Assembly (NCBI RefSeq): GCF_006345805.1
Contig: NC_043006.1
Coordinates: 91,946,001-92,010,000, forward strand
From: Octopus sinensis
Lineage: Eukaryota
Length of the DNA stretch: 64,000 bases
Reading direction: 5' to 3'
In this document: positions 26,862 through 42,082 of the stretch, in pieces
Layout: every line of letters begins with the position of its first letter
How positions within the stretch are numbered: position 1 is the stretch's first letter
Translations under genes and position numbers: made by a program
Notes under the pieces: generated by a model
The model's input: the letters and a program-made list of their open reading frames with translations, nothing else
Databases searched by the model: none
Told to the model about the DNA's origin: nothing

Positions 26862-28145
26862 CATATATACATACATACATATATATATACATACATATAC
26901 ATACATACACATAAATATATATTGATTAATATCATTTGCATATTATTTCATGTAGCATATATTCATTATTACATACGATAAAAAGATTATAGAGCAAGAC
27001 AGATTTCCGTTGATATTTATACAAATAATGTATATTAAACCAGACACATACCTTTTGATACAGGTAGAAAGTAGACAGAGAGGCATACACTCACGCAAAA
27101 AAAATATAAACAATTTAGAAAATGAAAGAAAAATAACCTCTCTTTTGAAATACATTATGTTCCAAGTGTAACTCGGAAGCTTATTCAGTATGAAAATGGT
27201 GCATTGAAAGATAATCTCCACTACACAACCAGCGTCGAGTTTTATTATCAAGTGTACAAATCATATTCTTTCTATTTTTTTCCTTTTCCGTCAAGACATC
27301 TATTGTTATTATCTATTCAATTTGCCTTTTTGGTGCCCTCTGGCGGATTCAGCAAGATGTAAATATGAATTATATTTACTATCCATATGAGTAGGCTATT
27401 ATTATTTCACGCATTTACTGATGGGGGCCTGCCTGGTTTTGTCATTTGAAATAGCAGATTTTACTTGGAATGATTGAGGTCTTGCGATCTTGTCTCAATA
27501 ACAAACTTTTACTATTCCTCCGAAGAATCATAGTTATGAAGGTTAATACACAGATGGTTCCATCTTACACAATTTCAATTCAATAACCCGGGAGACATCA
27601 ATTCTCTACATACGATTGCTCTGTTTTGATTACCATACTTTACTTGCTTTCCTCTGCCGCTGTGTTTCGTTTCCTTTTCACTTTCTTTTTCCTTTTCGAT
27701 CTTTTTATTCACCGTTAACAATGTCACTAGGTTACATAGAACTGTCAACTCGTCGCAGAAACTATTCATCGGTTGACACAATGCATCTTATCACTGGACA
27801 TTGCGATGTAATTTATTTCAATTCTTTTAGAAAATATTAATACTTACGAAGCGACTTCTCAGAACAGAATGAATTATGTGCAATATTGTCTTAGATAGAG
27901 GAAATATTAAACCAAGGTTGGTCAAATATAGCAACTGAACTGTCATCATCAGTTGAAATGACAATATCACTACGTATGAGAAGAATAAGAATAAGAACAA
28001 AGTTGAGTAACACAAAATCGTGTCTACCCGGCATACTTTGTAATAGCTAAAAGTTTATTCATTGGTGTGAATGTTATTTTATATAGATGCGGATGAGTAT
28101 ATCAACAGGTATATTACAAACAAATCACTTCACATCCATCCATCC

Positions 28146-28246
<101 letters not shown>

Positions 28247-28298
28247 GCTATCTGTCTGTTTGTCTATCTATCTATCTATCTAGCTGTCTGTCTGTTTG

Positions 28299-28330
<32 letters not shown>

Positions 28331-28338
28331 ATCTATCT

Positions 28339-28370
<32 letters not shown>

Positions 28371-28412
28371 ATCTGTCTACCTCATTTTATACAGATGTTT
28401 CGATAAGCAATA

Positions 28413-28458
<46 letters not shown>

Positions 28459-28473
28459 ACACACACACACACT

Positions 28474-28513
<40 letters not shown>

Positions 28514-28916
28514 TGTGTGTGTGTGTATAAATATACGTCTGTGCGAAGGCTTCAACAAGTTGAGTAACACTTGATCAATTAAGAAACGAAAAATAGTCTT
28601 ATAAGCGTAAAAAATACAACTACCCCGGGTGTCCTGGTCGAATCGTTAATTTCTTTCGCCATTCATCAAGCTGATAAAAAAAAGTGGTTGTTTGACAGCC
28701 TTTTACTCTGCAGATGACATATGAAGAAGGAAGGCTCAAAACGAAGCCGAAAAGGAATAGATAGGAAGACACGGGGGAGATAACCAACTTTACACTGAAA
28801 TATACAATGAGATGGGAATGGTTTATGATGTGTCCGGTGACCGAATTTTTAAATTCCGCCAAGTTGTATGCAAATCAAATCCTAGCCATGGATTTTTACG
28901 GAACTTTTAACTTCCA

Positions 28917-28959
<43 letters not shown>

Positions 28960-29017
28960 TCTCTCTCTATCTGTCTGTCTCCCTGTCTGTCTGTGTCTAT
29001 ATTTATAAATATATATA

Positions 29018-29048
<31 letters not shown>

Positions 29049-29784
29049 CATACATACATATATATATGTATATATATATATACATACAGACACATACACA
29101 CATACATATATATGTCTATATGTATAAACATATACATTGTGTGTGCGTGTATGTGTGTCTGTGAATGTGTGTGTGTGTGTATGCGTGTGCATGTAATCCG
29201 TTACTTTTATGTTAACCCCAATACATTGATATCGATATATGAGGCAGGATCAAACGGATGCCGGAGTATATTTATGTTAAAATCTAAGAAGAGACGAAGT
29301 TTGGTAAAATGTTTAAATATTCATAATTCTGATTCGTTTGAAGTTTGCAAGTTCGAGACAAATTTAGTCAACTTCAATTAACATACATAAAACCAGCTTC
29401 ATATTGAATTATATATATCACTGTTATCAGGATCTGATATATAAAACAATTAAATCGCTTTTATATTTATTGAAGAGTTAAAATCAAATTATGTACCGCA
29501 CTGTCAGTCTAGATAGAACTGAGTTGTTTATATAATGCAGGTGGTCACTCAAGTGATTTGTTGGTGCTGATTAGCTCCAGCTCAACCACAGTCGAAGAAA
29601 CCTAACATCAAAGGAATCCAAGTCGGTAGAATTCGGAATTTTTATGGATAATAATGACGTCATTGTATAATGTGTTCCTGAGTTACCCACGTTGAGGCAG
29701 CGCCATTTGTGATCCGTAAGCGTAGCGTGTGCAGAAGACTTCTCTCTTTCCTGTTATCATTTATTTCTTTGGCGTTATTAGTGG

Positions 29785-29960
29785 GAGGTCATTTGGAGGC
29801 ACCGCCTTGGATGGTTTAGTCGAATAAATCGGACCCGATATTTTGAAAAGCCTTCTACATAATCTATCGGCTTCTTTTGCCGAACGATGACGCTGTTAGG
29901 AGGACGCAAACAAACCAACACTGGTTGCGAAGCAGTGGTGCGGTGATAAAAAGAAACACA
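29785..29960 (-). mobile_element. SINE family S1 tail, degenerate
   Basis: GCACCGCCTTG..TTTAGTCGA..CTATCGG..TTTTGCCGAAC..GGACG.AAAC..ACCA is the reverse complement of the S1 tail. Confidence 0.65.
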
Positions 29961-30209
29961 AACTGAAACACACACACATACACACATGTATATATATATT
30001 CCTGTCACAACCTGGGACCCTGAAAACTGCTTAAATGCAAGAAAGTATACTAGTCCCTTAATATTTGATATTCAATATTTCATCTATTCAATCAATACTT
30101 CATTTCATTTTACTATATATACTATTTATACTATATATTCTATATTCTACATTAATATTATAAAGAATATACATAAAACATAAAAAAAAGAGTTGGAATT
30201 CCTTTGAAT

Positions 30210-30274
<65 letters not shown>

Positions 30275-30389
30275 GGACACACAGAGACATGTATACATGT
30301 CTGTTAAACTAATACATCTGTTTGTTGTTTATACACCTGTCTTCGCCTTTTGTTTTGTTTGTTTCTTTTTGCAAATTCCAATTGAGAGT

Positions 30390-30600
30390 GCATTTGGTAG
30401 ACGGAAACTGAAAGAAGCCCGTCGTATATATGTATATATATATATATCTGTGTTTGTTCCCCCAGCATCGGTTGACAGCCGATAAGAAGCCAAAATAATA
30501 AGTACTAGGTTTACAAAGAATAAGTCCTGGTGTCGATTTGCTCGAATAAAGGTTGTGCACCAGCATGGCCGTAGTCAAATGACTGAAACAAGTAAAAGAA
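30390..30600 (+). mobile_element. SINE family S1, partial with a short internal inversion
   Basis: GGTAGACGGAAACTGAAAGAAGCCCGTCG(TA)n...CAGCATGGCCGTAGTCAAATGACTGAAACAAGTAAAAGAAT; CCAGCATCGGTTG is inverted relative to other copies. Confidence 0.8.
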
Positions 30601-31827
30601 TATATATATAACATTAGGATTTTGACAGATGTTGTTATTATAGAACTTATATATCCCCGAGGGAGAATACTAGAACCATTTTACTACTGATTAAGGAAGA
30701 TATCTAATTTAGCAAAGTAATTCTTGAAAAATATGTCTTTTGAATTATCTTATCCAAGGAAGATAAAGAAAAATAAATCCTACTCAAAAATACATTTAAG
30801 TAGGACCTTCTTTGTTATATAATTTGTATGCTACAGAGTGGCTTCCATCTAAATATACAATATACATGTTAATACACAACTCATTTATAATTTTTGATTA
30901 AATGTACATAGAGAATAGAGTGTATTATAAATCAATTACTCTTTATATTCTGACTTTATTTTCCTAATTTATGAATGTTGTACTAATATTTAATGTTCGC
31001 GCAAAACAGGGAATTACGCAGAATATAGGATTTCACTATACAGGTGTAAAGAAATACACATTTTCATAGGACTTTGAAGCCTCTTTGTTTTCAAACTTTA
31101 CAGTGACAACCGCACCCACTTAAGAAACAAAAAATTTTTCTTCTCCTTCTCTCTTCTTATCTTTCCCATTCGACTTCCTAAAATTGACACCTTGAAAGGT
31201 CATCTGGCCCTTGTGAGAAAATGTGTTTATTCACTAATATGTTGATATTTTACAATGAGAAAGGAAAGGGGTGGAAGAGAAAAGAAGGAAAACAAAAAAT
31301 GCTTTGTAATGAAATTTCAATGGGTTGACAGCAAATTGAAAAGGAACCTCTCTCTCTCTCTCCCTCGCATTCTCTATCTATCTATCCATCATCTGCTTTC
31401 CCCACCCTTTACTTTATTTTTACCTTTTTTTCTTGATTGTCCTGCTCTCAGGACATATATTTTTCTTCATTTTTTAATTATTTATTTATTTTATAATCGA
31501 AAAGAAATCACTATTTTACCCCTGTTTGCTTTTATTTCTCACTCTCCTCACTTCCCCCCCCCCACAAAAAAACAGAAATAATTTCTCATCTTCTAAACAA
31601 AACAAAACATCCGATTCATATAATTGAACAAGGAAACGTTCTGCTTTTATCATTTTGTTTTTTTATCTTTACGAGTTTGATAAACGAACGAAAGCCCTAA
31701 CTGCCTCCTTTCTCTTAATGTACAATATCTGTAAATCACTTCAAACATTCTATACACACATACATACATACATACATACATACATACATACATACATACA
31801 TACATACATACATACATACATACATAC

Positions 31828-32672
31828 GAATAGCCAGATTACTACCTCCCACTTTGAAGGGTATGAGTTTGCAATCCAGGAACAGGAAATATCAACCGAG
31901 TACCTGATGCACAAAAGGGATAGAGATGCGGGAAAAGCCATAAAATGTGACGACCGATGCAGACTTTGTGGAATTCACACTGAAGATATCACCCAAGCAG
32001 TTGTCCAAAAATGTCATCATAGTATTATCTACCGATGAGACATGATGTTGTAACTAGGAGTTTCTATGATGAAATCCATCGAAAAGATAATTCCGAGGAA
32101 AAAGAAACCACAGCCACTCATAATGAAAAGGAATATGGTGGAATGTAACAGTGAAGACTTCAATAAAATGTAAGCACAACAGATCTGATATAATGATTTG
32201 GGATAGAGAAGAGAAACAGTGCGGAGTTGTGGGAATTAGCTGCCCAGTGGATGCTAACATAAAGCTGAAGATCAGGGAAAAAGAGAATTCCTATGCTGAA
32301 CTATTGAGAAATCTAGTTACTCTATCCAGATTATAAGTTCAGGTATATACCTGTAATAATTGGGACCCTGGGATATGTAATACACTGCCTAAATACCAAT
32401 GTTGCGAAATTAGGCTTCACAAATCCAGAAAGGAGAAACCTAATTCGAAGGCTACATATCCAATCCATCACTGGAACTGTAAAAATCTGTAAAACTTTCC
32501 AGAAGTTCATCATTTAAATATATATAAGCATGTCTAGATATGTAACTCTATGCATGAGAATACATAGATATATACATACATGTTGACATTCCAATGAAGG
32601 AACCTGGGATCTAGATTAGAAACAGGTTCTTTCACTATTAGCAAGAAATCTTGAAATAAACGGAATAATGAC
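31828..32672 (+). mobile_element. 5'-truncated RLE LINE family B (R4-like), decayed CCHC knuckle, endonuclease and 3' UTR
   Basis: FEGYEFAIQEQEIST..CRLCG..EDI..CP..RHD..WN..HNRSDIMIWD..ISCP.D..EKE..Y..IPVIIG.LG..KICKTFQKF* with frameshifts; (TACA)n on both sides. Confidence 0.9.
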
Positions 32673-32736
32673 ATACATACATACATACATACGTACATAC
32701 ATACATGCATACATACATACACCCATACATACATAC

Positions 32737-32800
<64 letters not shown>

Positions 32801-32815
32801 TAATATATATATATA

Positions 32816-33852
32816 CTAGCAGTATCACCCGTGTTGCTTGGGTTTGTTTCGACCCTTTAGAATTGACATTTTTGAAAAGTAAAAATTTTGCATTATGCAA
32901 CTTGTTATTTTCTCCAAGTGAACATTTTTCCAGTTGAAATACACCGAAAAATGGTGACACAGCAGTCAAAAATCGTAAAAAATAGGGATTTTCATAGGAA
33001 AAAAGCACCTTTTTGATGTAAATAATTTTTGGTGTTAACATGGTCCGATTTGAATTTTATCTTCTACAGAATGAAGAGCAAGCCTTCTATCATACTCTCA
33101 ATTTTAGTCAACTTGCGCTGCAGGGTCTCGCAGGAGATAGTGTTAGTTGAAGTCTACCAAACCTGCCACACACAGACAACTTCAGCTTTATATATATAGA
33201 TTTGCTACACTCTACTTTCCATCCTTAATAATGAAACTTGGTAGATCCAAAAGTTAAACACACAGACACACAAGTTGAGTTTTATATATATAGATTTTTC
33301 AACGGGGATTTCCGGGGAGAGTTTCAGGGAGTCGCTGGCGATGTATCGTGATGATCAAAAATCCGGCCTGCTAAAATTTGGTTAAAGTGATTCAAACAGC
33401 AGGCTCAACGCAAAATGGTCAAATTTAATTAAAAGCGTTAAAAATGTTATGAAAACAATTGGTATGTGTTCACAAAGTCCAAACGATTAATACGAAAAAA
33501 CCCTCCCTGTTACATCCCGAAAATTCCTTTCTTTGCCGAATTTCTGCAATGTTTACGGCAATTCGTTTTTATATCTTGATTTTTATTATTGCACGCGTGG
33601 TGAACACAGTTTACGTCAAAAAGTTGACTGAGTAAAGTTCACTATTCTATGCATGGGATAAGGCCTAAACAAACACATTATCGATTTTTGCACTTGCGAG
33701 ATGAATTTCGGAACAGAAATAGCGCAGTTCAATTTTCATTTGTCTAAACGTTAAGTGACCCATTTTCGGTGGTTCTACGATTTGTTGGCTAGGAGGGGAT
33801 GTGCCGGGAAGTTAAACACACAGACGCACAAGGTGAGTTTTATATATATAGA
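32816..33852 (-). mobile_element. Compound non-autonomous Helitron with one 3' CTAG end and three 5' TC ends
   Basis: Minus 3' end CCCAAGCAACACGGG..TGCTAG|T at 32816. A|TCTATATATATAAA starts at 33200, 33294 and 33852. 33295-33852 is the reverse complement of ~54396-54995. Confidence 0.8.
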
Positions 33853-34025
33853 TATATATATAGTTGAAATTTACAGAAAGCAAAATACGAAGTCAGGTGT
33901 ATGAACAACAAGCAGGTGTATTATTTTGACGCATTCCGAGCCTGCGCTCTTCGACAGAAAGGAACACGAGGAAATAAACAAAGAGAGAATAAAAAAAATC
34001 TTGTGGATTTTGCGGTCAGTAGTGT

Positions 34026-34087
<62 letters not shown>

Positions 34088-35002
34088 GTATGTATGTATG
34101 TATGTATGTATGTATGTATGTATGTATGTATATATATTCCAGACAGTTTTCTTCTAGTAAAGTCACTATCGGTCTGGGACTATTTTAGAAGACGTGGTTA
34201 GAATGTTACGCAGTGTGACTGAATCGGAGAGCACGAAGTTGCAATGTGATGGATTTCTTCAACTGTACCGTAGCGTTACCTGTGGTAGTCAATTAGGAGT
34301 TATTTCTAGCAAGTTGACTGACTGCATTGAGACACCATTTTCATTTTATAGTCTCTCTAATTCCGTTCTGTTCCTCCTCTCTCTCCCTCTGTATACACAC
34401 ACACATACAAAAACACGAACACACACTCACACACACACGCACACTCACATACATACCATCTACTAAGAGCACTTACCAATTCCAATGCGTCGTGACACAA
34501 GACCTATGTGGTATCAGCGGAGTCATGTGGCCTTTCCTTCTCTCTCGTCATTTAACTGAAGATGACATCATTTTAGAGATTTCGTTGACAGTTACAATAG
34601 ATCCGGAAAATGTAAGTTATCTGCATGGCCAGTAGCTGGTCACGATGAAATACGCGTGGGTATTGGCCAAAGCAATCAATCTTCCCATTGATTTTGCAAT
34701 GAATGACCCACTTGTCTTCCGTATTGCAAATGACGGCAGTTCTAGTTTCCCAACTAGAATGCTGCTGTAGCTTTAACTATTCTTGCTTTTGTTTTCAGCA
34801 TCTGTTTAATTATTTTATGCATTTTCTCCCTTCTCCTGGGAAAAAGAGAATGAATAAGACAAAACACTTTGATAATTTGTAATTATAAATAAGTGAAAAG
34901 TTTTGGTGACAAGTTGAAATTTATTTTCTTATATAGTTTTTGACGTCTACCCTTCATTATCTTCTGTATAAATATATACAAACCTATATATATAAATAAA
35001 TA

Positions 35003-35062
<60 letters not shown>

Positions 35063-35110
35063 ACATGCAATATATATATATATATAATATATATATATTA
35101 TATATATACA

Positions 35111-35153
<43 letters not shown>

Positions 35154-35481
35154 TTTATAGAAGGAGCTTCTACAGGACTAGAACTGTTTCATACATAACT
35201 GTTTGTGGTGTGTGCATATATATATATATATATGTTCGTGTGTGTGTATGCATATTTTGTTTTAATTCTTTTAAGTGTTTCAGCTTAAAAGATGAGGTCA
35301 TGCTGGGGCACCACCGTTGTATGTATGTATATATGTGTATGTGTGTGTGTGTGTTCGTTCTTTTTGTCCAGTTATAATAAAATCAATTTTGCATTAATCT
35401 CATGACTTTATAATTTTGTAGACTTAACCGGCCTAAACTTCGAAGTCACTGTTAATAGTAATATTCTTGTTTAAGAATTTA

Positions 35482-35542
<61 letters not shown>

Positions 35543-35604
35543 GTCTGTCTGTCTGTCTGTAACTCTCTCTCTTTCTCTCTCTCCCTCCCTCTCTCTCTCT
35601 CTCC

Positions 35605-35641
<37 letters not shown>

Positions 35642-37037
35642 CAGATAGATAACTAGATAGATACTCATACATGCATATACATATACAACTGTGTGCGCTT
35701 AAGATAAAAACGCTGTCAGACCTATATTGCACTTTCAGATTCCAAACATGTGTGGTTGAGCTTAAAGCTATTAGCGATCGTTCGATTCGATGTCTAATAA
35801 ATCGATACTTAATCAGTAAAAGTACCTGACCTGTATATATCAGGACAGTGACACACAGATTTGAAATATGAAGCTGAAATTCTGGGTTGCCGTGGTACAA
35901 TTGATAGATTATAGAAAGTACTGTTACACTGAAAAGAAATCTATAATTCCCCTATGAATCACGCATCTCGTTTCATACACAGAGAAAAAGGAACCCCTAG
36001 ATAGTTTTAGATATAGGAATAGGTCATGGCTAGAATGGCCTGTTAAACAACACAACAAGGACAATCTGAATAGAAAAAGATCATATCACTTCTATTGGTG
36101 GATCGATCTGCTAGAAATGGAAGCTGTTATATATTAGGCAAATATATGGCAAGAGTGCGTCTATGGTGAGGCGTATTATCAGGAAGAGCATTTAGTCTAG
36201 ATAACAAACTGTATAAGATTAATACCACAGCATGCAGTACGCCGGATTAGTTGAGTTGTCCCAATGAATCAGACTGCTGAAATTGCAATAGTGGTGTTTT
36301 AGGTAGATTCGAGCTCTCTCAATACAAGAAACGTCATGCAGCATGCAAATGGAAAGCCTTTTGAATATCTTCAACAACATTATTATTCGTCCTGAAGATC
36401 TCAAAGACAAGCCACCAATCTTATCTGATGCAGAAAAACAGCTTTTCTTTAGATATAGTTCTATAAAACCTGTACTCATAGCATACTAAGGAGAGAGAGA
36501 GAGAGAGAAAGAGGGAGAGAGAAAGGAAGAGAGAGGGTGAGATATAAGAAAGATGAATGGACGAAGAAAAAGCTGAAGATTTGCTGGACTTTTAAGAAAG
36601 AGACTGGAACTCAGAGTTCTCTGTAGACATCAAAAATGGCTTAAACGTAACTACTAGAAGAATTCTTATTCTGGGAATGACAAACCGTTAACTAAAGTTG
36701 GAATTCTTTGTTGCAGAGAAGAATTTTGCGTTTAATTTATTGTTTACTGTTACTTCCAGTTTTGGTAATCGATGTCTGAGAATCCAAAGCCACATTTGCG
36801 GTACAAAATATGCACACAAACCCTCTGTCACAAACACAAACTATACATATGCGAATAATGTACGTGTAAATGTATATATGCATGCACCCACACGTACATA
36901 AATACATGTCTATTATATGTACATATGTGTATATATATATGTATAATTTCTATTATATAATGCATTTATATACATACCTATATAAATGTATACATACGTA
37001 TATATATGTATATTATAATATATATATATATATTATA

Positions 37038-37079
<42 letters not shown>

Positions 37080-38017
37080 TATATATGGACGTGTGTATAC
37101 GTGTGTGTACTATACATGTATATATATATATACAAGTACATACATATCATACATGACACACACACACATATATGTATTTGTTTGTTTGTATGCGAACATT
37201 GAACAAACAAAACACAAGATGGGACACCAACGCTTCTTCACTATATTCCCTTTACTGAATTTTGTGCGATAATCACAATCATATCAAACTGCTGCTTTCA
37301 CGAAAGTATAATTAGCTGTATTCACACATTAGTGACTCTGCGAAACATTATTAGAATATCGACAGAAGGAAACACGATATCTATTCCTAACAGTGGTTTG
37401 TTTCTGACACAGCTGGCAATGTTTTTCCATAATATTCGTTCGAAAGAGGAAGCACTGGCAAGCAAATATTAATCCACAAATGCAGGTCAGCGTTCAGCGA
37501 AAATCATAAATATGCATTTAATACTCAGAATATTTATTGCGTGATTAGAGAAGGGAACTGCATCTCATAAATACTGTAACGAGATCAATCCTCATCGACG
37601 AAACCAAAAACGCTGAAGCTTTTAACGAATGATTATTTTAGATATTAATAATGCTCTCTTAATTACGGTAATATTTCGACAAACTCTTGCTGTACTGCAT
37701 TAATTATCTTTGGATCGTGTGTGTGAATGCACGTTAATGTAAAGAGTGATTCATGATTTAAATCCGATGTCCAGTGATGGAAAAACATAATTAATACCCA
37801 TTCTACGTGTGCTAAAGAAAATTCGAATTATATATAGGCAGAGTCCAATACTTGGGAATAACATGTTAAGCTGGACCCGTAGTGGTTTACTAGATGAGAG
37901 TCTCTGAAAAAAGAAGGCTTCCATTTACCCTGTTGGAAGAAGAGGATAGAAAGGTCGGTTGACACTCAATTATATCTCTCAAGTTACCATAGAAACTTAG
38001 ATCCGTAAGCTGTTTAA

Positions 38018-38338
38018 AAGACTCCGCCGGTTACGACGACGAGGGTCCCAGCTGATACGATCAACGGAACAGCTTACTCGTGAAATTAACGTGCAAATGG
38101 CTGAGCATTCCACAGACACGTGTACCCTTAACGTAGTTCTCGGGGATAATCAGCGTGACACAGAGAGTGACAAGGCTGACCCTTTGAAATACAAGTACAA
38201 CTCATTTATGCCAGCTGAGTGGACTGGAGCAACGTGAAATAAAGTGTCTTGCTCAAGGACACAACGCGTCGCCGGGAATCGAACTCACAACCTTACGATC
38301 ATGAGCCGAATGCCCTAACCACTAAGCCACGCGCCCTC
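38018..38338 (-). mobile_element. tRNA-derived SINE (family S2, Meta/MESC-like core)
   Basis: Minus: GGCGCGTGGCTTAGTGGTTAGGGC..GAGTTCGATTCCC (A and B boxes), then GTGTCCTTGAGCAAGACACTTTATTTCACGTTGCTCCAGTCCACTCAGCTG. Confidence 0.88.
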
Positions 38339-39982
38339 ACCTCTGTAAGCTGTACAATATCTACGTCAACCATAATGCTTTTCACCCTCAGCTATGATTT
38401 CGTTCTAACTCAAATCATCTTTCATATTTTCAGACAAAACAAGTAAGATATTTGCACCTACCTACCTACCTACCTACGTACCTACCTACCTACCTACCTA
38501 CCTACCTACCTACGTACCTACCTACCTACGTACCTACCTACCTACATACATACCTACCTACCTACCTACCAACCTACCTACCTACCTACCTACCTACCTA
38601 CAAAGCCACTTACCTACACATCTATCTATCTATCTATCTATCTATTTATCTGCCTGTTTGTGTGTTCCAAAATATATAAATACACACATGACATGAATAC
38701 ATATATACAGAAACACATAGATGCATATACGTATATGGAAGCAGTTATAAATATATATACATACATGTATATATGTATATATATATATGTGTGTGTGTAC
38801 GTATATATATATATATATATGTATGTATATATAATATATATATGTATATATGCGTGTATATATACATGAATATAAACATGTATGTGTATATGTATGTATG
38901 CATATATATACATATGCATATATATACATATGCATATAGACATATACATATATACATATATATGTGTGTGTATATGTACATATAATTTTGCATCTAACTA
39001 TATATATATATACACATATGCATATATATATGTAAACATGTATATATGTATCTATATATATATGTATGTATATACCACTATATTCATTGTTGACTCTGAC
39101 ATATACAGCCAAATGCAGTGCAATGTGAATATGAATACTTGTTTATAAATGGGAATATTGAAAAGTGAGCTGTAAGATGTGTTCCTGAAGAGGGAGTCTA
39201 AATTCAATGGAAGTTTAGCGAAGCCGTTTATTTCCATGGTCATCTATGTTTCGTTCGTTCTGGCAATGGTCAACTGAAATGATTGACTGATGATTGATAT
39301 ATTGTATCTCCTTCATAGTCAATCAATTCGGAATATGAATGTATTCGTCCCTTTTCAAGTGAGTTTCTATGCAATTCAGGCAGAACGCCATAATGTTTCA
39401 ATTTCAATAACATTTGAACACCTATTACGTGCTTGTATGTGGGTATACAGGCAGACACACATATATACACACATACATATGTATATATATATGTGTGTAT
39501 GTATATATATATAAATACATACAAACACATCTATCTATCTATCTATCTATCCATATATAGATATACACATACATAGATACATATATACATATGTGTAAGT
39601 GTGTGTGCGCGCACGTGTGTATTTATGTAAATAAATTGATACACATAAGACGCATTCACAATCTTCCTCCCAATCAATCTGAACTGATTCTGGAAAGTAG
39701 AAAGTTGGCTGAGGTAATCAAATGTTAAACAGTAATAATAACACAAGTCAGAAAGAGTGTCAGGTGGAATAATAGACACCAGTACATGACAAATATTATA
39801 TTCCTCAATAGCGAAAAAATGAAAGACAAGAGTGATTGCGACCTCAAAGCGCAGAGAACCAAAAAGAAAAAAAATGCACCATAAGGCGCTGTAGTTGACG
39901 GTGTTGCAACTCCGACAAATCACTGAATATTGCACATGGATATATATATGTATATACATATATGCATATATATATATATATC

Positions 39983-40265
39983 ACTTTTATAATCATGAGT
40001 ATAATTATAATTAGGTTTCAGCAAAAGAATTTGCTTTGCCACATACCGAAATTTTAGAAATAGCTAAGTTCTTTGGCTGCTATTTCTAAAAGTTCGGTAT
40101 GTGGCAAAGCAAATTCTTTTTGCTGAACCTTAATTATAATTATATTCATAATTATATAAAGTAATGTTTAAGTTTACCGATAACGGTCATTTTAACATGC
40201 TGAACACTACTTGGTGGAATTATTAATTAATTAATTAATTAATTAATTTTACCCTTTATTATTAT
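39983..40265 (+). mobile_element. PLE-type repeat with ~80 bp snap-back palindrome
   Basis: 39983-40064 is inverted to 40079-40162 with a 14-nt spacer; the right part is homologous to 13677-13841. Confidence 0.85.
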
Positions 40266-40280
40266 ATTATTATTATTATT

Positions 40281-40332
<52 letters not shown>

Positions 40333-40360
40333 GTATGCCTATATATATATATGTATGCCT

Positions 40361-40406
<46 letters not shown>

Positions 40407-40820
40407 CATACACATGCATGCATAGACACACAAACAAGCACACACACATATATATAAAATATTATGTGCAGATTATACTGCACTTTCCACTTCCAGAGTA
40501 CAATATAAATATTTCCAGGAAAATTCTTGTAAACCTACAATAATATAGAAAGAGAAAGAGTTCTGCTCTCCATTGCTTATTGCAAACTTTAAGTGGATGA
40601 AAACCTTCGATGTGAAACAGTTCGTTCTTTTAGAACATTAAGTACGCATATGTTGCATTTAACGTTGTTTCATTCTGGACAATTTCAAATATAGAACATT
40701 TTATCTCGACAGATCTTTTTTATTCTAGCACATCTGTCGCTTTTATAACGAATTACGTGTCTCCCATGAGGCGGCAGAAACACAGAAACATAATGTGACA
40801 GTTTCTAGAAAACATGTATG

Positions 40821-40966
<146 letters not shown>

Positions 40967-41435
40967 TATATTATATATATGTAACAACAAACGCTATATA
41001 TGTATATAGCGTAAGGTTTGCAGTTAAATATTTGCATTTATATATTTTAAACCCATACAAGTATATACTATCGTTGATTGCTTTTCAAAAATCGTTTTAT
41101 TCTGACGGGTTTTCGTTGTTGTTTTTTCTTTTTTTTTTTTACTTACCAGTTTGTACTGCTTAAAATTATTTGCGTATGTAATGGATTAAACTTTTAGTGT
41201 CAACTGGGTTCTCGTTTTTTCTCAAACCATAAATAAATTCGGTTTAGTTTAATAAGTAACTTGCACTTATATACATATCACAGCATTTTGACATGTAAGT
41301 TGCTATGGTTTCAATCATCTTGGCGGAGACAATAATAGATTGATACGAAATCGCATACGTGGATATATATATATATATATATATGTTGATAGACAGATAA
41401 ATTGATTGATAGATGAACAGATAGCTCTCTCTCTC

Positions 41436-41474
<39 letters not shown>

Positions 41475-42082
41475 CCGTGTGTTGACATATAGATACATTA
41501 TATATGAATTATCTGTGAGTATGTACATACGCAAATTCACACACACACGCATAAATGTATATATTGTGTATTTATATATAAACATACAACAATGCAATGT
41601 GTTTCTAAGTGTAATGTGTATGTGCATTCATGAGTACACATATATAAGAGCGCACACATTTAAATATTCGTGTTCATATTAAAAGTGAAAAACTATAAAA
41701 CAAGAAATATATTTATATTTATTATGAAAATTTAAATAATTCAGACGATATAGCGAAAAAGTATGAAATAAATCTGCTGTGCATCGATATTTGGAAATTT
41801 TATGATATTAAACTGAGTAAAATATATAAAGTATATCACTTGGTGATATAAATGAAAATATAAAGAAACCTCCTATGTTCGGGACGAAGTTACGCCTATT
41901 TTGTTTTACTTATAAATGTTAACTGGCAAATGAAAAATTCTAGATTTCTGATGACGATCAAATGATTTACTTTATAGAGTAAGAGCGGGTTTTTTTTTTT
42001 ACCAAGATGACAATGATATTTGTATAGTTGAAGAATATCATATCAACTGGAGTAATGATAATGGTTGAGAGTAAATAATATT

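Noticed and set aside
36219-36490. Complex-looking ORFs on both strands
   Set aside because: No recognisable motif, stops in the candidate exon frames, and no consistent splice pair.
39185-39235. CTGAAGA plus hairpin
   Set aside because: Followed by GAAG rather than GAAA, with no stem I or III pairing.
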